Part shown: positions 1-9,434 of the stretch, piece after piece
Layout of the letters: each line of letters opens with the position of its first letter
Position numbering within the stretch: position 1 is the stretch's first letter
DNA from: an uncultured delta proteobacterium
GTDB taxonomy: Bacteria; Desulfobacterota; Syntrophia; Syntrophales; Smithellaceae
DNA length: 64,000 nt
Assembly: GCA_963753975.1 (NCBI GenBank)
Contig: CAVWEH010000005.1
Span: forward strand, 32,001-96,000
Reading direction: 5' to 3'
Position numbers and translations under genes: made by a program
Notes under the pieces: model-generated
Told to the model about the DNA's origin: nothing
Database searches by the model: none
The model's input: the letters and a program-made list of their open reading frames with translations, nothing else

Positions 1-615
1 CAAGTTCTGGCAGTCATCAAATTTCCCCTCTACACAGAGAGAATGGACATTACCGCCGATGGTATCGAGCTGCTTTTTTTGCCGGAGACTTACTTCTTCG
101 GCCGGATAAAGAATAGCAACATCGATTCCTGCGACTCCCTTAAAAGCTTCACCCACGGCACTTCCCGTATCACCGGATGTAGCCACCAAGATATTGATGC
201 GTTCACCCTTTGGGCGACAGTGACTCATGAGCCTCGCCATCATCCGCGCAGCAAAATCTTTAAATGATGCAGTGGGGCCTTGATCCAAATGCATCACGTA
301 GGCTTGCGGGCATACTTCCTCCAAAGGCACGGAAAAGTTATAAGAGTCGGCAACAACATTTTTCAGAATTTTATCGGAAAATTCATCAGACAGAAACGTC
401 CTCGCTACAAGCAGCGCAGTTTCCCGGTAAGGCTTACTTTTCAACTTTTGTATATCTTTTAACGGAAGAAGCGGTATTTTATCCGGCATAAACAAACCTT
501 CATCCGGAGCCTGGCCGGTAAGCAATGCCTCTCGGAACGAAACTCTTCCGGTAAAAGGAATAATCCCCGGAACATTATTCAAATAACGGTTTGTGCTGTA
601 ATACTTGATAGACAT
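1..615 (-). CDS. thrC: Threonine synthase (runs off the window start)
   Basis: Manual minus-strand translation from ATG at 615: MSIKYYSTNR...GQAPDEGLFMP...GPTASFKDFAAR...ATSGDTGSAV...GKFDDCQNL. These are ThrC PLP-lysine motifs. Absent from the ORF track. Confidence 0.9.
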   Translation of the reverse strand, partial: MSIKYYSTNRYLNNVPGIIPFTGRVSFREALLTGQAPDEGLFMPDKIPLLPLKDIQKLKSKPYRETALLVARTFLSDEFSDKILKNVVADSYNFSVPLEEVCPQAYVMHLDQGPTASFKDFAARMMARLMSHCRPKGERINILVATSGDTGSAVGEAFKGVAGIDVAILYPAEEVSLRQKKQLDTIGGNVHSLCVEGKFDDCQNL

Positions 616-801
616 TATGCTTACTTTCTTTTTTAGTGTCCTTTCTTTAATCCCATTGCAGTAAATAAATCAATAAAAATCCAGACGGGCCCCTACGATA
701 GATTGGAATTAAACCAGGAATGGAATTCCGGTTGGAAAATACATCCGTATGTGTTAAAAATAACACGTGGAAAATATTTGAAAAGATTGGCCAAGGAGAA
801 A

Positions 802-1854
802 ATGGAAGAAAAAAAGATTCTTCGTTTAACAGAAACAGTACAAGGCGCGGGTTGAGCCTGTAAGATAGGTCCGGGAGACCTTGCCGAAATACTGCGAGAT
901 TTGCCGCTGATTTCCGATCCTAATCTGATCGCGGGAATTGAACATGCGGAAGACGCGGGAGTGTATAAACTTTCCGCTGATCTCGCCCTGGTGCAAACGG
1001 TCGATTTTTTTACCCCTATTGTTGACGATCCTTATATATTCGGCCAAATCGCCGCAACCAACGCATTAAACGATGTCTACGCCATGGGCGGAAAGCCGAT
1101 AACAGCGATGAATATTGTTTGCTTTCCGATCAAGAAAATGGACATATCGATTCTGCGGGAAGTTTTACGCGGTGGCTTGGATAAAATGCGTGAGGCAGGT
1201 GTTCTGCTCGTGGGCGGTCACAGTGTTGAAGACAATGAAATAAAATATGGTCTTTCCGTAACCGGGCTAATCCATCCGGACAAGGTTTTATTCAACCAAG
1301 GCGCCAGAGACAAAGACAGCTTGATTCTCACCAAACCATTGGGCACCGGAATTGTCAGCACAGCGTTGAAAGGCAGAGCGGTAAGCGAACACTTACTTCA
1401 AAAAGCAATTGCCAGCATGACGGAGCTCAACAAAAAAGCTTCAGAGATGATTATTTCCGAAGGTAACATTCACGCTTGCACCGATATAACCGGCTTTGGT
1501 TTTTTGGGACACGCCTGCGAAATGATCGAAGGCGGCAATGTCGGCCTGCGTATAAATTCCGCCGCAGTCCCGGTGTTTGAAGGAGTGCGTCAATTGGTAG
1601 AAACAGGTTTTGTTCCCGGCGGCCTTTACCGCAATAAAGATTTCCGCATCAAGCAAGTCGAAAAAGAACAGACCTGCCCGGACTGGGTTTTTGACGTTCT
1701 GTTCGATCCCCAAACAGCCGGAGGATTATTGTTTAGCCTACCCGGAAAACAGGCGCACGCTTTTGTAAAAAAAATGCATGATTCCCGGATAACAAATGCC
1801 GCCGTTGTTGGCGAAGTTGTCGTACAACATCCCGGTAAAATTTTTGTTTACTAA
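802..1854 (+). CDS. selD: Selenide, water dikinase (selenophosphate synthetase), Sec-containing form
   Basis: ATG at 802 after AAGGAG reads MEEKKILRLTETVQGAG-TGA(853-855)-ACKIGPGDL, in frame with ORF 901..1854. Motifs U-x-C-K, DFFTPIVDDP and LFDPQTAGGLL. Confidence 0.95.
856..890 (+). promoter_or_regulatory. Putative bacterial SECIS hairpin of selD
   Basis: AGGTC(867-871)-CGGGA-GACCT(877-881) stem with a G-containing loop, starting 11 nt after the UGA. Confidence 0.7.
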
Positions 1855-1885
1855 GTCACTCGGCCTGGTTTTTTAAGCTCAAACC

Positions 1886-2965
1886 ATGAAAACAGAGACC
1901 ATCCACATAAAAAAAGAAACAGAGCAAAACTTTAAAAAGCTCATGGATATGGCACGCCCTGATGATTCTTTGCTCTTGCTTCTGCACGGCAGCCCCGATC
2001 CTGATGCCATAGCTTCCGCCATGGCTCTGCATGAACTTATCCAGCGCACAAAAGGCCTGGCTAAAGGTATTTTTGTTTCCACGGAACCGCTGGTTAGGCA
2101 GCAAAATGCCGAATTTGTTTTAGCCATGCGTCTCCATATCCACTTAGTCAATCAAGTGGATTTGAATGCTTACCGTTTAATCGCGCTGATAGATGCTCAA
2201 CCTTCTTTTCTTAGCGGCGCATTGAGATCTATCCAGCCCCATATTGTTTTCGATCATCACCCCCGCGAAGGCCGATGGCAAGCGGATATGGAAGATATCC
2301 GGCCCAACTACGGCGCTTTATCCAGCGTCTTGACCGAATATTTGCTCTGTGCCCATATTAAAATCCCGCGCAACCTGCATACAGCCCTTCTTTACGGGAT
2401 CAAAACCGATACAGGCAATTTCGATCGCGATACTATTTTCGAAGATATTAGCGCATACACTTATCATACAAAATACGCCAATATGCAACTCATACGCCGC
2501 ATAGAACTTAATCAAACACCGGGCCGTTTTTTGAAATATTACGATCACGCCTATCATCACATGAATAATTTCCGCGGCCGACGGGTTTGTTTCCTGGGGG
2601 ATATAGAAAGCGCCGATGTTTGCGTTCAGGTGGCCGATTTTTATCTGCGCTTAATCGGCACTTACTATGTTGTCGTGGCCGGAATAGTGAGCGATAGATT
2701 TATCATTACTTTCCGCGGCGACGGATACAGACAGGATTGCGGCGCCATTGCGCAAAGGGCTTTCGGATTATTGGGTAAAGGCGGCGGTCATAGAAGCGCT
2801 GCGCGCATGGAAATTCCTCTGGATGCACTGAAAAAAAAGTTAGGAGGAAATTTATCCCAGCGCAGTGTCGATAGGTTTCTTTTAGAAAGTCTGAAAGGAT
2901 ATCGAAAAATAACCACTGCCGGACAGGAACTCTCCAAAAACAACTCCGGGAAGGAAAACATATGA
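1886..2965 (+). CDS. DHH/DHHA1 family phosphoesterase
   Basis: HGSPDPDAIAS, FDHH, YGIKTDTG and GGGHRSAA motifs. Confidence 0.88.
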   Translation: MKTETIHIKKETEQNFKKLMDMARPDDSLLLLLHGSPDPDAIASAMALHELIQRTKGLAKGIFVSTEPLVRQQNAEFVLAMRLHIHLVNQVDLNAYRLIALIDAQPSFLSGALRSIQPHIVFDHHPREGRWQADMEDIRPNYGALSSVLTEYLLCAHIKIPRNLHTALLYGIKTDTGNFDRDTIFEDISAYTYHTKYANMQLIRRIELNQTPGRFLKYYDHAYHHMNNFRGRRVCFLGDIESADVCVQVADFYLRLIGTYYVVVAGIVSDRFIITFRGDGYRQDCGAIAQRAFGLLGKGGGHRSAARMEIPLDALKKKLGGNLSQRSVDRFLLESLKGYRKITTAGQELSKNNSGKENI

Positions 2966-3999
2966 ACTACGTTGGTTTCAAAAAAGAAATGACAACCGGC
3001 CGTTATCTTAACCCCTTCAATGGATTCGAGGAAAAAGAAGTCACTATCGAATTACGCACTGATGAAATTACCGGCGTGGCCTGCCGGATACTGCCCTATC
3101 GCGTCCGCCCGGCCCAAAAGCCTGATTTGAATTTCTATCTCGATAAATCGCCGGAATCGTTATGCCCTTTTTGTTCCACTCTGTTTGAAAAAACGACACC
3201 GAGATTTACGGCGGATATCATTCCGGAAGGAAAATTCAAGCATGGAGAAGCGTGCCTGTTTCCCAATGCCTTCCCTTACGACCAAAACAACTCTGTGGCC
3301 ATTTTCTCCTCAAGGCATTTTATTCCCCTGGACGAATTAACGCCGCAGACGATGCAAGCGGGCTTTGACGTTTGCCGCGATTATTTTCACCGTATCGCCG
3401 GAATGAATTTGGGTTACAAATACTGTTCCATCAACTGGAACTATATGCCGCCGGCCGGCGGCGGACTGGTTCATCCGCATCTGCAGACGATTGTGGGCGA
3501 CAAACCGACCAATTTCATGCAACGCCTGTTGACCAGCGCGCAAAGTTATGCGGCGGCGGAAAACGGCGATAGTTTATGGCGCAATTTGATTGCCCTGGAG
3601 AAAGACGCAAAAGAAAGATTCATTGCCTCTACCGGCACTATCTGCTGGCTGACCAGTTTCGCGCCCAAGGGCATGGCCGGAGAGATTGATTTCATCTTTC
3701 AGGAGAAAACTTCTTTTTTTGATTTAACGGAGGCAAATTTCACCGAACTTCTTGCCGGATTGGCTAAAGTATTCGGCTATCTTTACGCGAATAATTTTAT
3801 AAGTTTCAATATGTCCCTTTACGCCCCGATGATACATAATCGTTATTTCTGGGTACAGGGTAAAATTGTGCCGCGTTTTGTAATCAATCCGCTGGGGACA
3901 AGCGATTTGAACTATTTTGAAAAACTGCACAATGAAATTATTTGCCCGACTGTTCCGGAAGAGCTCTGCCGCGAACTGCAACTTTATTTCCAGCAGTGA
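2962..3999 (+). CDS. Galactose-1-phosphate uridylyltransferase-like (GalT/HIT superfamily) protein
   Basis: CPFC, PNAFPY and NW...AGGGLVHPHLQ (HxHxQ) motifs. ATGA overlap with the upstream gene. Confidence 0.75.
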   Translation: MNYVGFKKEMTTGRYLNPFNGFEEKEVTIELRTDEITGVACRILPYRVRPAQKPDLNFYLDKSPESLCPFCSTLFEKTTPRFTADIIPEGKFKHGEACLFPNAFPYDQNNSVAIFSSRHFIPLDELTPQTMQAGFDVCRDYFHRIAGMNLGYKYCSINWNYMPPAGGGLVHPHLQTIVGDKPTNFMQRLLTSAQSYAAAENGDSLWRNLIALEKDAKERFIASTGTICWLTSFAPKGMAGEIDFIFQEKTSFFDLTEANFTELLAGLAKVFGYLYANNFISFNMSLYAPMIHNRYFWVQGKIVPRFVINPLGTSDLNYFEKLHNEIICPTVPEELCRELQLYFQQ

Positions 4000-4027
4000 T
4001 CCCGATAGCTTGAAGCTACGGGATTAA

Positions 4028-4315
4028 TCATTCTTTCTTATCGGCCTTTACTGTTTCAGTCTTGGCTATTTCTTTAGCAGCCGGAGAGGTTTCGCTGGTT
4101 TCAGCTTTTTCCGCTTTGACGGCCGCCGGAGGTTTTTTCCCGGCATAATCTGTTGTATACCAGCCCGAACCTTTCAAGCTGAACGAAGAAAGTGACACCA
4201 GCTTTTGGACCTTCCCTCGACAGAACTCGCAGGTTTTTAATTCCGGATCGGAAATTCCCTGAAACACTTCATATTGTCTGCCGCATTTTTGGCATTTATA
4301 TTCATAAATAGGCAT
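4028..4315 (-). CDS. FmdB-family zinc-ribbon protein
   Basis: MPIYEYKCQKCG...CEFC...FSLKGSGWYTTDY signature. Confidence 0.9.
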   Translation of the reverse strand: MPIYEYKCQKCGRQYEVFQGISDPELKTCEFCRGKVQKLVSLSSFSLKGSGWYTTDYAGKKPPAAVKAEKAETSETSPAAKEIAKTETVKADKKE

Positions 4316-4342
4316 ACTAAAAACCCCCTCTACAACTATCGA

Positions 4343-4879
4343 TCAATTAATTAGATCGCCAATTTTAAAATCGTTGCTGAAACATTCTAAAACTATTCCC
4401 AGGTCATGCTCTTGGACCGGCCGCAAAGCCTCTCTCGTGAGGCCGTGAACAATCTTTTCTTCCTTTTCCTTTTCCGCACTCACCGCATCAAAATCGCTCT
4501 CACCATTGCCAAAACGCAAGACATGTATCAACTCATGGACGGCAATATAAAGCATCAGGGGGCTTAACTTTATAAACGGAGTTGCTCTTTCTACCGCGTC
4601 CAGAATGATATTATCCTGCAGGCACACCCGGTAAAAATCAAACCCGCCTTTCCCGTTTTCAGCCAAGCTCTCGCGTTTACCGTAAGCATATTTGCAAAGA
4701 TGCGCAAAAGCGCCGTCTTTTATTTCATGTTGATCCAAATAAGCAAGTGTTTTTACATCATACTTATTCTTTTTTAACTGATCTTCGCTCAACCTGAAAT
4801 TGCGCACAACGAGCTTTTCGGCATCGTTAAATGCTTTATTTGCCATCGGCAACTGCGCCGCACTAAAATAAGGAGACAT
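4343..4879 (-). CDS. Hypothetical protein with HExxH zincin-like motif
   Basis: AVHELIHVLRF with a downstream EE. ATG at 4879 preferred over the TTG at 4903. Confidence 0.6.
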   Translation of the reverse strand: MSPYFSAAQLPMANKAFNDAEKLVVRNFRLSEDQLKKNKYDVKTLAYLDQHEIKDGAFAHLCKYAYGKRESLAENGKGGFDFYRVCLQDNIILDAVERATPFIKLSPLMLYIAVHELIHVLRFGNGESDFDAVSAEKEKEEKIVHGLTREALRPVQEHDLGIVLECFSNDFKIGDLIN

Positions 4880-4987
4880 AAACTCACCGCAAAACCTATT
4901 CAAACTTCGTAAATAACATATGCATTTAATTGATTAATGTCAAGACGGGGGGCGTGTTGACGGATCATGCCAAAAACTAAAATTAAA

Positions 4988-5017
4988 TTGACATCTTCAT
5001 TGTCCAAAGCGTATATC
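4988..5017 (+). promoter_or_regulatory. Putative sigma70 promoter
   Basis: TTGACA (4988-4993), 18-nt spacer, TATATC (5012-5017), directly upstream of structured element copy 1. Confidence 0.5.
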
Positions 5018-5020
5018 AAA

Positions 5021-5153
5021 GTGGAGACTCTTCCGGTCGCAGATGACCTTTAGGTTACAGGAGCCGGAGGCTCCTTACAATAATGCGACCTCCCGCAGGT
5101 TACACCGCATTCCTCCTCCGGCTGAAGCCGAGGGGATTCCAAACCGCGGGATG
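5021..5153 (+). repeat. Structured ~130-nt element, copy 1 (candidate ncRNA or IS200/IS605-end-like element)
   Basis: Near-identical to 12186..12314. GGTCGCA/TGCGACC closes the hairpins TGACC-TTTA-GGTTA and AGGAGCC-GGA-GGCTCCT, followed by a CCTCCGGCTGAAGCCGAGG hairpin. Confidence 0.75.
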
Positions 5154-5185
5154 AAAATGATACAATAATATTGTAAGGAGAAGCT

Positions 5186-5644
5186 ATGCAGCAGCCCCTG
5201 AACTTTTATAAAGGTATTCGTAAGCGCTCATCCACAATTGTTTTTGGCCTGCCGCTCTGGGCTATAGCGCTGGGGCCGGATCCCGAAAAAGGCGAGATTC
5301 GCGGCTATGCCCGCGGCTTTATTGCCATCGGCGATATCGCCAGAGGCTTCATTGCTCTGGGTGGTGTTGCTTACGGCGGAATCGCCATCGGCGGCCTTTC
5401 CCTGGGTCTCGTTTCGCTGGGCGGTCTGAGCGTGGGGCTTTTTGCTTTCGGCGGATTAGCCATCGGCGGCATTGCTTTCGGCGGCGCGGCAATCGGCATC
5501 GTCGCTATCGGAGGAGCCGCGTTTGGATACTATGCGCTGGGCGGCGGCGCTTTCGGCAAATACGTTGTTTCCGCAATGGAAAGAAACCCCGAGGCTGTCG
5601 AATTTTTCAAACAATTGTTTCCGAATCTACCGATAATGAAATAG
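5186..5644 (+). CDS. Glycine-rich membrane protein (repeated G-x-x-A-x-G)
   Basis: Repeated AIGG/ALGG/AFGG units. RBS AAGGAG. Confidence 0.7.
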   Translation: MQQPLNFYKGIRKRSSTIVFGLPLWAIALGPDPEKGEIRGYARGFIAIGDIARGFIALGGVAYGGIAIGGLSLGLVSLGGLSVGLFAFGGLAIGGIAFGGAAIGIVAIGGAAFGYYALGGGAFGKYVVSAMERNPEAVEFFKQLFPNLPIMK

Positions 5645-5655
5645 CAGGATGGGAT

Positions 5656-6777
5656 ATGGCGCAGAAAACTAAATTAAGGATCGGCGTTTTATACGGCGGC
5701 CGGTCGGGCGAGCACGATGTTTCGCTTTGTTCCGCTGCTTCGGTTATTTCCGCACTCGACAAAAATAAATACAAAGTAACAGCCATCGGCATTGACCGGG
5801 GAGGAAAATGGTATGTGCAGGAAAAACCGCAAATTTTGCAGCACAAAGATTTCGGCAAAGTGCTGGCCCTAAAAAAGAAAGGCAAGTGGCTCGTCAATCA
5901 CTTTCAACAAAACAATCAATTGCACCTCTACGATCTCAAAAACAAAAATAAAAAAATTGTTGTAGATGTAATCTTCCCTGTTCTGCACGGAACATTCGGC
6001 GAAGACGGCACACTGCAGGGCTTGCTTGAGCTGGCGATGGTACCTTACGTCGGGGCTGATGTCATCGGTTCCGCGATCGGGATGGATAAGGATGTCGCCA
6101 AGAGATTGCTTCATGAAGCACGAATCCCCGTCGTCCCTTCGATAACCGTAAGCAAACGGCAGTGGAAAAATGATTCACAGGATATAATGCAAAATGCGCT
6201 CGACAAACTGGGCTTGCCTCTGTTCGTTAAACCCGTGTGCACAGGCTCATCTGTAGGCATCAAAAAAGTAAAGGAAAGAGAGTCACTTGCCAAAGCAATT
6301 AATTTTGCCTTTCAATTCGACACACGGGTGCTGATAGAAAAAGGGATAGACTGCCGCGAAATTGAATGTGCGGTGCTGGGAAATGACGATCCGCAAGCTT
6401 CCACACTGGGCGAAATAATTCCTCATCACGAATTTTATTCCTACGAAGCCAAGTATCTTGATCCCGAAGGCGCATCTTTGAAAATTCCGGCGCAAATCGA
6501 TTCGTCCCTTGCCGACAAAATCGGGAAAACTGCGGTTGCCGGATACACAGCGCTAGGCTGCAGCGGCATGGCCAGAGTTGATTTCTTTTTGGATAAAAAG
6601 ACGAATGAATTTTATCTCAACGAAATAAATACCATTCCCGGCTTCACCAGCATCAGCATGTATCCCAAACTATGGGAAGCCACCGGCCTCAAATACCCCG
6701 ATCTTCTGGACAAGCTCATTCAATTGGCACTGGAACAGCATAAGAAAAAATTGGAAATTAAGACAGAAGGTGTTTAG
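5656..6777 (+). CDS. ddl: D-alanine--D-alanine ligase
   Basis: GGRSGEHDVS, LHGTFGEDG, GSSVG, YSYEAKY and NEINTIPGFT motifs. Confidence 0.95.
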   Translation: MAQKTKLRIGVLYGGRSGEHDVSLCSAASVISALDKNKYKVTAIGIDRGGKWYVQEKPQILQHKDFGKVLALKKKGKWLVNHFQQNNQLHLYDLKNKNKKIVVDVIFPVLHGTFGEDGTLQGLLELAMVPYVGADVIGSAIGMDKDVAKRLLHEARIPVVPSITVSKRQWKNDSQDIMQNALDKLGLPLFVKPVCTGSSVGIKKVKERESLAKAINFAFQFDTRVLIEKGIDCREIECAVLGNDDPQASTLGEIIPHHEFYSYEAKYLDPEGASLKIPAQIDSSLADKIGKTAVAGYTALGCSGMARVDFFLDKKTNEFYLNEINTIPGFTSISMYPKLWEATGLKYPDLLDKLIQLALEQHKKKLEIKTEGV

Positions 6778-6903
6778 TCGTAGACTTTCATTTGATAGAT
6801 CGACGGTTACTGATACTTTACTAAAAATAAATGTGCTTGTGGAGTGAAGATGGAAAAAAATTAACTGCCATTATTTGGGAGGCAATGCGAGATTTAAACA
6901 ACA

Positions 6904-8445
6904 ATGGAAACAAGATTACAGAAATGTAGAGAAATACTTAACAAATTTTTGCGAGAGTGGCCACTTGACAGAGTTAAGAGAATGGCTCTTGCAGATTATG
7001 TTGATACTGATAATCCTGAAACTTTTTGCCAATGGATTGAAACGCGGACACGACAACTCGGTAGCATTAAAGGACATTTCTCAAACAAATTTGGAATCTA
7101 CAAACGGAAAAATCCAAACGAGCAACCTTCAACTCTTATTTCGGACAGTGTTTATAGTTGGCGACATTATTATGGTAAGACAAGAGCAGAAGCTTTTCAA
7201 AATGTAAAGCAAGATATCATTAATATTATCGCCGCTGCACAACTTGGAAACTTTAGCGAAATTGATAACATACACCTAAATCATCTTGTAAAATGGAAAA
7301 TTGCATTTCTCTATTCTAACGAACAACTTGTTCCAATTTTCAAAAAGGATATTCTCTATGATATTGCAGAATATCAAGGATTAAAAAATGCGAGAGAATT
7401 GCCAATCGCACAACTTCAATCTTTAATTTTTAAAAATAAACCATCACACAAAAATATTTATCAATACGCAACGGACTTGTTCCATAAATTTGGCCCGAAG
7501 GAGAATGAAGAACCAGCATTTTACTTAATTGGTTCAAAATATGGTGAGAACAATGATCGTGATATGTTTCCATTAATGGAAGAATACAATGTTGTTTGTA
7601 CGGGTTTCGCTTGGGATTACGACTTGACTCATCTTTACCTAGCTGATGAGGAAGATATTGTTGATGAACTTAAAGACAAAGAAGAACCTAAATCATACAA
7701 TGCTCTAAGACAATTTTTGCAATTAAAACCAGGGGACATTGTAGCAATCAAATCTACTGGGGGCCCGAAGGCAAGGGAACCATTTTTAGAGATAATTGCT
7801 TACGCTCTTGTAGTAGAAAGAGATGGATTTGTTTATTGGCACGACGCTGAAAACTTCGGACACTGTATCAATGTTCAATACATCAAGACAGGCTTAAAGA
7901 AACAATTTAAATTAGGCGGTTATGGTAGGACTATTCATAGCATAAAAGACCAAGAACTGATTAATACACTTTTTGATAGTTATAAAAACGCAAGTTCAAG
8001 TGATGTAAGAGAGAAAATAAAAATAAGAAGGAGAACGAGAAAAGCCGTAACATCTAAAAATACTGCTGGACAAAGAAGAAAAGGCTCTGGTGCTTATGTA
8101 ACAAATCCAAAGCACAATAAAATACAACAACTATTCAAAGAATATTTGGAATCTGAATTTGGACATCACAATGTTCGTCTTGAAGAAAACAATGTTGATA
8201 TAAAATTATTTCAGTCTGACAGCGTCACACTTTATGAGGTAAAACCATATGACTTTGCAGAAGACTGTATAAAAAGTGGACTTGGACAATTATTATTTTA
8301 TCTTTCCATTGATACCGACAAACGAAAAAAGAAAATTAAAATAGCTGGACCTTATCCACCTGACGAGGATGAGAAAAAATTTATTGCGTTTCTTAAAAAT
8401 AACTTAACTGTTGACTTTGAATACGAGTATTTTGAAATTGAATAA
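6904..8445 (+). CDS. Putative restriction-type endonuclease: McrB-N-like domain, PUA/EVE-like domain, C-terminal PD-(D/E)xK nuclease
   Basis: AT-rich ORF. N-terminal FCQWIE...LGSIKG...KFGIY...KWKIAFLY, central LKPGDIVAIKS, C-terminal VDI...LYEVK...GLGQLLFY. Confidence 0.6.
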   Translation: METRLQKCREILNKFLREWPLDRVKRMALADYVDTDNPETFCQWIETRTRQLGSIKGHFSNKFGIYKRKNPNEQPSTLISDSVYSWRHYYGKTRAEAFQNVKQDIINIIAAAQLGNFSEIDNIHLNHLVKWKIAFLYSNEQLVPIFKKDILYDIAEYQGLKNARELPIAQLQSLIFKNKPSHKNIYQYATDLFHKFGPKENEEPAFYLIGSKYGENNDRDMFPLMEEYNVVCTGFAWDYDLTHLYLADEEDIVDELKDKEEPKSYNALRQFLQLKPGDIVAIKSTGGPKAREPFLEIIAYALVVERDGFVYWHDAENFGHCINVQYIKTGLKKQFKLGGYGRTIHSIKDQELINTLFDSYKNASSSDVREKIKIRRRTRKAVTSKNTAGQRRKGSGAYVTNPKHNKIQQLFKEYLESEFGHHNVRLEENNVDIKLFQSDSVTLYEVKPYDFAEDCIKSGLGQLLFYLSIDTDKRKKKIKIAGPYPPDEDEKKFIAFLKNNLTVDFEYEYFEIE

Positions 8446-8454
8446 GGACCATTT

Positions 8455-9018
8455 ATGAACAACAATGAAAATTATTTTCGGCAAAAGTTTAAAGAGTGCG
8501 GGAAATTTCTTAATGTTAAGCCAGCTAATCTAATTTCTCTTAAATATAGGGAAATGAGAGACCATCACTACTATATAGAATTACTTGGCCACCTAAAAAA
8601 TATCAAAGGTCTGGCAATTAAGGATATTGGCGACGCATTGAACGGTAAGGCTTATTTTGTTTCATATGGCAATCAAAATATAGTGTTAGTTGAACATGAA
8701 ACCGGTTTGGAAATATTATATATTGCCGGATCTATAGCCAGTTTAATAGGACTTGTTTTGCAAATTAGTTCAATGATCAGTAATCGCAGACAAAGATTCG
8801 ATTCATTTCCTTCATCCTTTGAGGATGTTGAAGTTAGATACTTTGACAATGCAGACAAACTTATTGAAGAACATAAACATCATTATTTACCTTATGAGAT
8901 TTTTTTACTGCCTCAATCAAATAATGCCGACACCGAACTATTGAGAAATAGAATAGCTAAGCTTGAAAAGAAAATAGATAGATTAACTAAGGAGCAAACA
9001 AAAAATAAAAAGAAATAA
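8455..9018 (+). CDS. Hypothetical protein with one hydrophobic helix and a C-terminal coiled coil
   Basis: AT-rich, 9 nt downstream of the nuclease gene. ILYIAGSIASLIGLVLQI segment and LRNRIAKLEKKIDRL tail. Confidence 0.7.
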   Translation: MNNNENYFRQKFKECGKFLNVKPANLISLKYREMRDHHYYIELLGHLKNIKGLAIKDIGDALNGKAYFVSYGNQNIVLVEHETGLEILYIAGSIASLIGLVLQISSMISNRRQRFDSFPSSFEDVEVRYFDNADKLIEEHKHHYLPYEIFLLPQSNNADTELLRNRIAKLEKKIDRLTKEQTKNKKK

Positions 9019-9048
9019 AGCAAACTTTTTTATATAGGAGGTATAACT

Positions 9049-9237
9049 ATGAAACGACCCGCATCATTAGTAGCAGCTATTTTATTTCTTTTGATGGCCA
9101 TTGCCCAATTGTGCCGCTTCTTTTTGCAGGTTAATATCGTCGCCGGAAGTGTGACCGTTCCCCTTTGGCCCAGCCCGATTGCCGCTGTAGTTCTGATATT
9201 GCTGGCTGTGTGGCTTTTGATCGAAAGACGTAAGTAG
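9049..9237 (+). CDS. Small two-helix membrane protein
   Basis: Strong RBS AGGAGGT and two hydrophobic segments. Confidence 0.7.
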   Translation: MKRPASLVAAILFLLMAIAQLCRFFLQVNIVAGSVTVPLWPSPIAAVVLILLAVWLLIERRK

Positions 9238-9434
9238 CACTAGAAAGTAAGATCACAAATTAGATTTCATAGCGTCTGCTATCTATGACACAGTGAGTAG
9301 TTGTGTTCACCGCGATGGGCAATTAAAACATTAAAAAGTATTGCGGAAAGGACTGGATTAACGGTAACAATCGGTAATTAATAAGCTCAACATCATATAA
9401 CTGAATTTTGAAGGTGATTGAACCGCTTTAAAAT

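Noticed and set aside
5021..5153. tRNA-Sec, hammerhead ribozyme or SRP RNA
   Set aside because: No T-loop GTTCRA, UCA anticodon arm or CCA end. CAGATGA is not the CUGANGA...GAAA core. No SRP GGAA/AGCAG loop motif.
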